Made by a program: the position numbers and the translations under genes. Shown here in pieces: positions 9,559 to 17,642 of a stretch of DNA of 64,000 bases. Position 1 is the first letter of the stretch. Each line of letters opens with the position of its first letter. Origin of the DNA: a virus; the IMG/VR virus record IMGVR_UViG_3300028591_000123, positions 1 to 64,000 of that record. One strand, written 5' to 3'. Under the pieces are notes generated by a model. The model was given only the letters and a program-made list of their open reading frames with translations, was not told the DNA's origin and did no database searches.

Positions 9559-9817
9559 TGTCTTTTTTTTTGGAGGTGTTAATATATTAGATGACGATAC
9601 ATTATCAGAATATGCTCAACAGATGCGTATATTAAATGAAGAGGTTTTACCGGCTTTCATAGCTCTTTTACAATCCAAAGGCATACATGAGAAGATCAGC
9701 ACAATCTTTTTCTTGGTTTTTGTTAGAGAGCAGATGAAGGCGATGCATGATCAGAAATTTACAGAACTTTGTTATGCATTATTCACTAATGATATGGAGT
9801 TGGGGAGAGATGGCTAA
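9554..9817 (+). CDS. hypothetical protein (true start probably downstream of GGAGGT at ~9572)
   Basis: ORF track; RBS lies inside the called 5' end. Confidence 0.55.
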   Translation: MLVFFFGGVNILDDDTLSEYAQQMRILNEEVLPAFIALLQSKGIHEKISTIFFLVFVREQMKAMHDQKFTELCYALFTNDMELGRDG

Positions 9818-10481
9818 TAATTTTGATCTTATCCCTTTGCAGAAAAAGTATAGTGAATTGACAAGAAAAGAGAAACAGATTTTTGCATCATGCTATCCTT
9901 ATTTTATTAAAAAATCTCTTTTTGGAGATGAGTTAAGTAAGACTCAGACACAAAACCATGTTCCTCCAGTCTCATCAATTTCAACAATTCAGCAGGTTAG
10001 AGAGTTTCCTGAGGAAGCGGAAAAGGAAGGTGTTTCTTTAATGCAGGATGATAGTTTCATTAGTTTAAATGATGAACCAACATCTCTTTTGAGAATAGCT
10101 CTTAATGATTTGCCTGAGGATTCCATGCGTGCTGCCTTGGAATTATCAAAGGTATATTTTGAACCTGTTGAAGTTTTAAAGCAAATATATGCGATTGAAG
10201 CGACAAGAGTTAATGAAGGGATTAAATATGAACAGGAATTAGGTTTAGGTTTGAATCAAGACACTCAGGCTGCAATAAATAGTCTGGTTAATATTGCTAA
10301 AACAATTAATAATATCCAAGAAGGTCAGAAATTATCTGTTAACTTTTCTAACAATTTAGCTAATATGATAACAGAGATGGATTTGAATGATGACTCCGAA
10401 GACTATGATGAGGCGGATATTATTGATGCGGAATATGTGAATGTGGAATCTTTTAAATTAGAAGATAAAGATGACGATTAA
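9810..10481 (+). CDS. hypothetical protein with acidic C-terminus
   Basis: ATG 9810 after GGGGAGAG, overlapping the previous stop. Confidence 0.65.
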   Translation: MANNFDLIPLQKKYSELTRKEKQIFASCYPYFIKKSLFGDELSKTQTQNHVPPVSSISTIQQVREFPEEAEKEGVSLMQDDSFISLNDEPTSLLRIALNDLPEDSMRAALELSKVYFEPVEVLKQIYAIEATRVNEGIKYEQELGLGLNQDTQAAINSLVNIAKTINNIQEGQKLSVNFSNNLANMITEMDLNDDSEDYDEADIIDAEYVNVESFKLEDKDDD

Positions 10482-10492
10482 GAGGTGTTAAT

Positions 10493-10753
10493 ATGGATAT
10501 AGATGAAGAGTTTAATGATCCTAATACAAATTTTCTTATTCTTATGAAAGAGCTTGAACAGAGAATCAAGACTTTACAGAATGATTTACAGGTTATTCAA
10601 GATCCAGAACTGAGGGGTTTTGCGAATAAATTATATCGGAAATTAAAAGTAGAATATTTTTATTTGTTGAAATCCGATTTGGAATTAGCAAAAATGTTTG
10701 AATCAGAAAATACAAACAAAGAAGAAGATGAGTTTATACCATTTGAGGGATAG
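10493..10753 (+). CDS. small coiled-coil protein
   Basis: GAGGTG RBS; heptad-like LMKELEQRIKTLQNDLQVI. Confidence 0.6.
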   Translation: MDIDEEFNDPNTNFLILMKELEQRIKTLQNDLQVIQDPELRGFANKLYRKLKVEYFYLLKSDLELAKMFESENTNKEEDEFIPFEG

Positions 10754-10754
10754 T

Positions 10755-11648
10755 ATGATTAATCTTCATGTGCATACAATGTATTCTCTTCAGGATTCTG
10801 TTATTAAACCTAATGATTTAGCTGCTCTTTTAAAAAAATATAAACAGGACGCATGCGCAATCACAGATCATGGCAGCATATCAGGTTGGTATGATTTTAA
10901 CAAAGCATGTCTTGATCAAGACATAAAGCCAATTTTTGGCAATGAGTTTTATTGCGTAGATAGCTATAACGATGACAATAAGACCCGCAGAGATCATTTA
11001 GTTTTATTAGCGATGAATCAGGAAGGATTGCATAATATTAGAACATTACAGAAAATATCTGTTGAACATTTTTATTACAGACCAATCTTATCTTATGAAG
11101 TATTAAAAGAACATACCTCAGGAATATATTGTACTTCAGCGTGCTCTTTGAGTTCTATATCAAAAAATATATTGAATAATAATTTCAAAGAAGCTGAACA
11201 GTATGCGGAATTTTTTGATGAGATATTCGATGGCAATTTTTCTTTGGAATTGCAATTTCATCCTAATTATGCAGACCAGGATATAATTAACAATTCATTA
11301 ATTCAAATCGCAGATGGATATGGTATTCCATTATCTGTTTCATCTGATGCTCATTTCTTAGATGAGAATCAAAGGTACTTAAGAAGAGCTGTCCAGGCTA
11401 TTTCTTGGCACAAAAGTTTTGAAGATGTCGATGAATCTTTGAAAAGCAATTGCTTAGGCAATGATGATTTGATTCTTAAATTTGCCAAAGAAACATCTTT
11501 TGATTTGGATATTGTGAAAAAAGCCTTACACCAAACTGAACGAATCTCTCAAAAATGCAACGCTCAATTGGAAGGAGCTTATCCCAAAATTCCTGTATTC
11601 AACAAACATGATAAATTAGATGAATTATTTGAACAAGTCAGGTGGTAA
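10755..11648 (+). CDS. stand-alone PHP domain of family C DNA polymerase (DnaE N-terminal part)
   Basis: LHVHTMYSLQDS, AITDHG, IFGNEFY, DHLVLLAMN, TSAC and SSDAHF metal-ligand motifs; ends YPKIPVF, the normal PHP-to-palm linker. Confidence 0.88.
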   Translation: MINLHVHTMYSLQDSVIKPNDLAALLKKYKQDACAITDHGSISGWYDFNKACLDQDIKPIFGNEFYCVDSYNDDNKTRRDHLVLLAMNQEGLHNIRTLQKISVEHFYYRPILSYEVLKEHTSGIYCTSACSLSSISKNILNNNFKEAEQYAEFFDEIFDGNFSLELQFHPNYADQDIINNSLIQIADGYGIPLSVSSDAHFLDENQRYLRRAVQAISWHKSFEDVDESLKSNCLGNDDLILKFAKETSFDLDIVKKALHQTERISQKCNAQLEGAYPKIPVFNKHDKLDELFEQVRW

Positions 11649-11649
11649 C

Positions 11650-14079
11650 TTGGATAATCGAGAATACTTAAGAAACAAAGCCTATGATGGCCTGAGACGA
11701 AGAGGCTGTATTCAATCTTCTAATTATGACAAAGACAAGGATTACATTCAGAGATTAGAAGATGAATTAAATATTATTAATAAATTTGGATTTGCAGATT
11801 TCATCCTTGATGTTTCATATATTTGTCTGTTATGCAAGTCAAAAAACATTTTGATAGGACCAGGAAGAGGCTCTGTCGGAGGCTCTTTGGTTGCTTATGC
11901 GATGGGAATCACAAATATTGATCCCTTGAAGTTTGATTTGAGTTTTGCAAGATTTCTGAACCCAGGTAGGTCATCATCCTTACCGGATATTGATATTGAT
12001 GTGGGTACAAAACAAAGGCAAGAAGTTATTCAATTGATGAAACAAGAATTTGGTGAGGATTCAACATATCAATTTATTAATATTATAAAATTCACAGAAA
12101 AGACAGCTTTAAAGGATTTGGCCAGAATTTTTAATGTTCCTTTTGATATTATAAACAGAATCACATCAAAAATGAATTCTCAAAATGATCGAGAGGTTCA
12201 AGATTTTTTAAACAAATATCCGCAGATCAAACAAATGTATCCATACTTAATTGATTTGAATCGTTCTTATGGAGTTCATGCTGGTGGAATAATTTTAGCT
12301 CCTGATTCAATAGATAATTACGCTTCTCTTGTTAAGGTCAATGGATTGGATGTCATTGGGTATGATAAAAGGGTTTTGGAAGATAATTTATTTTTAAAAC
12401 AAGACCTACTTGGTTTGAAGACATTATCAATTATCCAAGATACATTTGAATTAATCGGAGTCGAGGATTTTGAAGACTTTGATTATGATTTAGATGATCA
12501 AAAAGTATATGAAACAATCAATACAAGCACATTAGGAATCTTCCAACTTGAAGGAATGGGCGCAGCAGAATATACTTACAAGCTCAAACCAGATAACTTT
12601 GACATGATAGTCGCTGATCTGGCACTTGTAAGACCAGGAGCTATGGATTCCGGGGATGCCGACACCTTTTTAAGAGTCAAAGACGGATTGGAAGAAGTAA
12701 GTTATGACCATCCATCCTTACAACCTATCTTATCATCAACAATGGGTTGTATCATCTATCAGGAGCAAGCCATGCAAATCGCCAAGTCACTTGCAGGATT
12801 TACAGATTCCGAAGCGGATATTCTTAGAAAAGGAATAGGAAAAAAACTTGATTACATTTTTGAAGAATATAAGCCAAAGTTCATCCAAGGTTGTTTAGAC
12901 AACAATATTGATCAAGAAACAGCTGAAATAATTTGGAATAAAATTGAAAAAAGTTCTTCATATTCCTTTAATAAATCTCATAGTGTAGGGTATTCAATGA
13001 TTACTTATCAGACAGCTTATTTGAAAACATATTATCCTATCGAATTTTATCTGGCTTTATTAAATAATACAGATGATGAGGAAAAAAGAACAAAAATATA
13101 TAATGAGATGAAAACAATTGATAAAAACATCAAGAACCCTGACATTAACATTAGCAAAGAGGTGATGGTTAATCGAGATAATGATGTTTATTTGTCATTT
13201 TCATTAATCAAGGGTATTGGAGAAAAGGCGATCAAGTCAATCATAGATGAACAGCCGTATCTTTCTTTTGATGATTTCATGAATCGAAAAGATTCCCGTA
13301 AGGTTAATAGAAGAGTAGTTGAAGCTTTGGTTGAAAGCGGCTGCTTTGATTCTTTTAATACAAACAGAGCCCTCTTAATGGCGACTGTGAACGGCGAACA
13401 GTATGTTCCATGGTCGGAGGAAGAGAGATTGTTTAGAGAATATAATAGATTAAAAATAAATCCAAAAGGAGATTTATTATCCTTTTATGATATATCAAAT
13501 TATAATATTACTCCAACTTCAATATCATCCTTGAAGAAAATAACAGAAGACCAAATTATTTACATAAAAGTGATGATAACTGGATTTAAATCAAAGGACA
13601 ATTACGGATTCTTAACAGTTAGTGACAACCAAGATTCCCTCAGCATATACTGCTCTCAAAAAAATATTGACAAATACATAACATTAATGAAAACAACAGG
13701 ATCCCCCGTCATTATTAAATTAAGAGTAAGAAATGGAAAAGCCACATTCATTAATATGCTGAATCTGAAAGACACATCTCAATACCGCAAGGAAGAATCT
13801 CTCTTGGATGGAACAATTTTCCAGCAATTACATCATTATAAACAAAAATATAACAACATTAATGTTGGAATCGCTGTGAATACAAACTTTTTCATGTCAA
13901 AAAAGGGCAATGACTGCGTTCGTTTTGACATACTTCAGAACGAAAAAGATGTATTAACAGGCAGAATGTGTGTTAATAATTATCCAGAAAACCTTGAGGA
14001 AGGATCAATAATAATGTATTTTGTAGCTGATTCAGAAGATATGTCAAATCCTTTCACAAATATTTACGGATGTGTATAA
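11650..14079 (+). CDS. dnaE: DNA polymerase III alpha (family C) catalytic core with C-terminal OB fold(s)
   Basis: GPGRGSVGGSLVAY, FARFLNPGR, PDIDID, HAGG, DLLGLKTL, GIFQLE, YSFNKSHS and AYLKTYYP motifs; TTG 11650 preceded by AGGTGGT. Confidence 0.93.
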   Translation: MDNREYLRNKAYDGLRRRGCIQSSNYDKDKDYIQRLEDELNIINKFGFADFILDVSYICLLCKSKNILIGPGRGSVGGSLVAYAMGITNIDPLKFDLSFARFLNPGRSSSLPDIDIDVGTKQRQEVIQLMKQEFGEDSTYQFINIIKFTEKTALKDLARIFNVPFDIINRITSKMNSQNDREVQDFLNKYPQIKQMYPYLIDLNRSYGVHAGGIILAPDSIDNYASLVKVNGLDVIGYDKRVLEDNLFLKQDLLGLKTLSIIQDTFELIGVEDFEDFDYDLDDQKVYETINTSTLGIFQLEGMGAAEYTYKLKPDNFDMIVADLALVRPGAMDSGDADTFLRVKDGLEEVSYDHPSLQPILSSTMGCIIYQEQAMQIAKSLAGFTDSEADILRKGIGKKLDYIFEEYKPKFIQGCLDNNIDQETAEIIWNKIEKSSSYSFNKSHSVGYSMITYQTAYLKTYYPIEFYLALLNNTDDEEKRTKIYNEMKTIDKNIKNPDINISKEVMVNRDNDVYLSFSLIKGIGEKAIKSIIDEQPYLSFDDFMNRKDSRKVNRRVVEALVESGCFDSFNTNRALLMATVNGEQYVPWSEEERLFREYNRLKINPKGDLLSFYDISNYNITPTSISSLKKITEDQIIYIKVMITGFKSKDNYGFLTVSDNQDSLSIYCSQKNIDKYITLMKTTGSPVIIKLRVRNGKATFINMLNLKDTSQYRKEESLLDGTIFQQLHHYKQKYNNINVGIAVNTNFFMSKKGNDCVRFDILQNEKDVLTGRMCVNNYPENLEEGSIIMYFVADSEDMSNPFTNIYGCV

Positions 14080-14562
14080 ATGTTTTCAACAAAATGTCGC
14101 ACATGCGCGTTGGCGCATAATTGTCATTTTTGGTTTCGAGACAGGAAGGAATCAGAAGAATGCAGATATTATGTTTTCAAACAAGATTCCTGTCCTTTCA
14201 GTAGAGATGTTGATGGAGAGGTTTTTTGCGTAGCCAAAGAAGATGTTGATAGTGTTGATAGCCATTGTACTGAATTGGTTTTCCAGAACTGCAATATGTT
14301 GGAGAATAATATCATCACTAGGAAGCTGCAGCAACATATTAAAGATTTGAAAGTGGACAACATCATATCAGTTGGGAAGAATCATCATCAAATACTCATT
14401 TATTTCACCAATGGACTGGTCTTAAGAATCATTGGAGATCCTTCTTATGATGATATGTCAGAAATCGGCAGCCTTTCAACTATCTTATATTATGATGACA
14501 ATGAAATAGATATAATGGAGGAAGTTTATGATGAGACGAGGAGGTTGTTAAAAAATGGCTAA
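14080..14562 (+). CDS. Cys-rich hypothetical protein
   Basis: CRTC...C...C...C...C in the N-terminal half; TAAATG-coupled to dnaE. Confidence 0.6.
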   Translation: MFSTKCRTCALAHNCHFWFRDRKESEECRYYVFKQDSCPFSRDVDGEVFCVAKEDVDSVDSHCTELVFQNCNMLENNIITRKLQQHIKDLKVDNIISVGKNHHQILIYFTNGLVLRIIGDPSYDDMSEIGSLSTILYYDDNEIDIMEEVYDETRRLLKNG

Positions 14563-14959
14563 ATACGAATGGAGGAGACTTTGCAAGTGGTTGAAGAATT
14601 ATTATCGTTTTGAATATAAGGAACTCGACGAATCATATAAAAATAATATGATTGAATATGTAATCCTTCATAATAAAGACATTATCACCGCTCAGGAAGT
14701 TGTTGATTTCGATGCCTGTTCTCAATGTGGATACTGTTGCAGGACAATGCATTGTCCTGATTTTGATGAGAATACTAACTTATGCACATCACATGATGAA
14801 CAAAGATGGGTAATATGTCAAACAGCTCCTTTTGGAGACCCAGATTTTGGTTTGTTATTGAATCTGGGAATTAATTGCACGTATTTGACGGCATTTTTAG
14901 TTGATTATTTAAATAAGGTTTTTGATAAGGCTATGGAGATGAAGAGTAATGAAAGTTGA
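14555..14959 (+). CDS. CxxCxxCC (YkgJ-family) Zn/Fe-S-binding protein
   Basis: CSQCGYCC...C...LCTSH...IC..APF matches the YkgJ pattern. Confidence 0.7.
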   Translation: MAKYEWRRLCKWLKNYYRFEYKELDESYKNNMIEYVILHNKDIITAQEVVDFDACSQCGYCCRTMHCPDFDENTNLCTSHDEQRWVICQTAPFGDPDFGLLLNLGINCTYLTAFLVDYLNKVFDKAMEMKSNES

Positions 14960-15620
14960 TGTTGATGTTCGAGAACAAAATATGGTTCAGAAATCATTAA
15001 TCTTTTTTAAGAAGCAGAAGATTATTGCGGATAAAAAAATGAATGAAGATGGCGACCTGGTATTTCATCTTCAGGATGGTCATGAATTATATATTGAAAG
15101 GAAGACATATTGTGATTTCCTATCAAGTTATATTAGTGGACATCTGCAGGAACAATGTATTAGGATGAATCAAAAAGAATTTTTCGCCGTAATAGTATAT
15201 GGGAATATACATCAATGTAGAAACATTCCAACTTTAAAACATATCAATCAAAATTCTGTTCAGAAGATGGTTGGAAACATAATGTTAATGTATAAAACAC
15301 CTGTTTTCTTTGTCGATAATGAAATTTCCTACCTTAGATTATCACTTCTTTTAGCTCAATCAGTTGAGAAGAATTATAAAAAATCTTTGGATTCTACAAA
15401 AATATCCGCAAGAGTGAAATCACGTCCTGATCTTAGCATGCTGATGGCTCAACCAGCTATAGGTCAGAAGAAAGCTGAAATGCTTCTTGATAATTTCGGA
15501 AGTGTTAAAAATGTATTATACGCTGACCGAGAAGAATTATTAAAAATCAAAGGCGTTGGAAAAAGCATGGTGGCGAATATCAAAGAATTGAAAGAAATTT
15601 ATGAAAATGGAATGAGATGA
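14949..15620 (+). CDS. short XPF/ERCC4 structure-specific endonuclease with HhH2
   Basis: VDVRE, GDL, IERKTYCDFLSSYISGHLQEQ; C-terminal IGQKKAEMLL and GVGKSMVANI helix-hairpin-helix motifs. Confidence 0.88.
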   Translation: MKVDVDVREQNMVQKSLIFFKKQKIIADKKMNEDGDLVFHLQDGHELYIERKTYCDFLSSYISGHLQEQCIRMNQKEFFAVIVYGNIHQCRNIPTLKHINQNSVQKMVGNIMLMYKTPVFFVDNEISYLRLSLLLAQSVEKNYKKSLDSTKISARVKSRPDLSMLMAQPAIGQKKAEMLLDNFGSVKNVLYADREELLKIKGVGKSMVANIKELKEIYENGMR

Positions 15621-15624
15621 TCAA

Positions 15625-15900
15625 ATGGCTCAAAGAAAATTCAGACCAAGAAAGAGACTCCCCAAGGAAGAGTTAATTGATTATTTAAAAAAAGGATATA
15701 CTCTTCAAGAGATAGCCGATCACTATGGCGTTGCTGTATCATATGTCTCCGAATACTTAAAAATGTTAAAAATTGATTTAAGAACATTCAAGGGGAGAGA
15801 TGCGAAAATGAAAGCCCGCAAAAAACAGAACGCCAAAAACAAAACATTTATTTCCGAATTTTATAAATTAATTGAAGGAGAAGTCACAAATGCAAGATGA
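15625..15900 (+). CDS. small basic HTH DNA-binding protein
   Basis: GYTLQEIADHYGVAVSYVSEYLK is a typical HTH. Confidence 0.75.
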   Translation: MAQRKFRPRKRLPKEELIDYLKKGYTLQEIADHYGVAVSYVSEYLKMLKIDLRTFKGRDAKMKARKKQNAKNKTFISEFYKLIEGEVTNAR

Positions 15901-16495
15901 ATCAATTGAATTACTGACAATATTAAATAATATATCAACAAGTATTTTTGAAACAAAAAAATCCAATCGATCAAGAATTAAAAATCAGCGTTTTTCAGAT
16001 GTTCATGTAAGAAACTTTCTTTACGATAATGTGATCAACCAACTCAATATCCCTTTGAGTTTTCTCACAAAAGAAATTGAAAGAGTTTTAAATCTTATTC
16101 CTATTTACACTCAATTTCTAAAACATGTCGAAGGTTTAACTATATATGATGCAGCATCATTGATATGTCTCATTAAAGATATTGAGAGATTTCCAAAATT
16201 TAATAATTTGTTAGCCTATACGGGTTTTGTTCCTAAAAGTCGCAGAAATTATAATAAAAGAATCCATAATCTTCTTTTAAAGATTTCATACGATTTATCT
16301 CAAAAAAATGTTTTATATATGTTTGTCTATGAACAGGCTTATGAGGATTTATTAGAAAAACATCCTCAGAGAACTAAGGAACATATTCACAATATGGCTA
16401 AGAGAGTTGTTGTGAAACAATTCCTGAAAGAGTTGTATTTCAATTGGAAACGTTTAAACAAGAAAGAAGAATTAGGAGATTTTTATGTTTATTAA
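15890..16495 (+). CDS. stand-alone IS110-Tnp/Nop-domain protein (TasA-like), no RuvC/DEDD domain
   Basis: Coiled-coil N-terminus, then PIYTQFLKHVEGLTIYDAASLICLIKDIERFPKFNNLLAYTGFVP and HIHNMAKRVVVKQFLKELYFNW, matching the Transposase_20/Nop pattern; only 201 aa. Confidence 0.7.
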   Translation: MQDESIELLTILNNISTSIFETKKSNRSRIKNQRFSDVHVRNFLYDNVINQLNIPLSFLTKEIERVLNLIPIYTQFLKHVEGLTIYDAASLICLIKDIERFPKFNNLLAYTGFVPKSRRNYNKRIHNLLLKISYDLSQKNVLYMFVYEQAYEDLLEKHPQRTKEHIHNMAKRVVVKQFLKELYFNWKRLNKKEELGDFYVY

Positions 16496-16808
16496 AACCT
16501 TTTATCATATGTTGAAGGATTATGATGATATTTATATGATAGATAAAAATCAAATACGCAGACCCAAGCTTGAAAAGATGAGCACAATAACGCGTGTCTT
16601 GGATAATAAGAAAATGGATAATTTGTTTGCGTTAGAACCAAGCGAAATGTATTTTTTAGAAGTTGATACTTTGGATGGTTATAATCCTAATGAATTTCTT
16701 AGGCTGGGGTTACTCCCAGATGTTTACAAGGAAGAAGATAAATATTTTATATCTTTATTTAATCAGAGCGTTAATATAGTTTATTTGACACAGGAGACAT
16801 TACAATGA
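16485..16808 (+). CDS. hypothetical protein
   Basis: 107-aa ORF, AGGAGA RBS, overlaps both neighbours. Confidence 0.6.
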   Translation: MFIKTFYHMLKDYDDIYMIDKNQIRRPKLEKMSTITRVLDNKKMDNLFALEPSEMYFLEVDTLDGYNPNEFLRLGLLPDVYKEEDKYFISLFNQSVNIVYLTQETLQ

Positions 16809-17275
16809 TTTTAGGAAAACAGGAATTGCAAAAAAGATACGGCGAAACTTATGATGAAGACATGTTTACATCAAACGGGATTGACTATCGTTTACATGAT
16901 GTACAGGTTATCGATGATGAGTCACACCTAACAGGAATAGTTGATAATAGGAAAAAACTCCCTCAGGTGAAACAATGCATCCCAGATGCTGCTATTTTCT
17001 ATTTTAAAAAAGGACATTATTATTTGTGGGATCTGGGTTATCATGAATTATTAGATGATTGCATTACATTATTTTATATAAGATCCACCCTTATGAGGGG
17101 AGGAGGGCAAATAATATCATCCGTGGGAGATAAAGGTTTTCATGGACATATTATTGTTGGTTTCCAATGCATGAATGATATGGTTATCTCTAAATATGAA
17201 AGAGTTGTCCAGGCTGTTTTCTATAAAACAGATGATGATGGAGTCTTATATGATGGTGATTATAATGAAGATTAA
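16805..17275 (+). CDS. dut: trimeric dUTPase / dCTP deaminase family protein
   Basis: GIDYRL, IRSTLMRGG, GDKGFHG and ERVVQAVF motifs. Confidence 0.8.
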   Translation: MILGKQELQKRYGETYDEDMFTSNGIDYRLHDVQVIDDESHLTGIVDNRKKLPQVKQCIPDAAIFYFKKGHYYLWDLGYHELLDDCITLFYIRSTLMRGGGQIISSVGDKGFHGHIIVGFQCMNDMVISKYERVVQAVFYKTDDDGVLYDGDYNED

Positions 17276-17555
17276 AGTTCCTCAATTTGATGAACTTAAA
17301 CCTAAGGAAGAACTAAAGGAAAGAAATAATGTTCAGAATTTTAGAGACTTTGATATAACAGATTATTATTTACCATCAGGGTGTTTCAATGATTGTTATG
17401 ATTTAGCTCAGGAGATTTGTGAAGATCTTGATTGTCGATTAAAGTCAATGGTTATGAAGGATGGTGTTTTATCCATTGAGTTATATCCGGAGGATATTCC
17501 ACCAGAGTTTAAAGTGACAAAATTTTTCAATGTAATTTGTTTTAAACTTCCATAA
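17265..17555 (+). CDS. hypothetical protein
   Basis: ATG 17265 after GGTGAT RBS, overlapping the dut stop. Confidence 0.6.
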   Translation: MKIKVPQFDELKPKEELKERNNVQNFRDFDITDYYLPSGCFNDCYDLAQEICEDLDCRLKSMVMKDGVLSIELYPEDIPPEFKVTKFFNVICFKLP

Positions 17556-17560
17556 TTAAA

Positions 17561-17595
17561 TTTTAAATATTATGAAATTTAAAATATTTTTGTAA
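17561..17595 (+). promoter_or_regulatory. TATA-containing promoter, conserved 35-nt class (copy 2), upstream of nrdD
   Basis: TTTTAAATATTATGAAATTTAAAATATTTTTGTAA; matches 6611-6645. Confidence 0.6.
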
Positions 17596-17642
17596 AAATT
17601 ATCTAAATAATACTAAAATTTATTGATATATGAGGTATTTTT

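Noticed and set aside
9810-10481. Terminase small subunit
   Set aside because: Only the acidic IIDAEY-type tail is suggestive; no large terminase or portal gene is nearby.
11600-11660. PHP/dnaE split as a sequencing frameshift or split intein
   Set aside because: The core has its own AGGTGGT RBS and TTG start, the PHP has extra residues beyond the linker, and no intein N-terminal Cys/Ser or C-terminal His-Asn motif is present.
15890-16495. Active IS110 insertion sequence
   Set aside because: Too short, no N-terminal DEDD RuvC domain, no non-coding ends; both flanks overlap ordinary viral genes.
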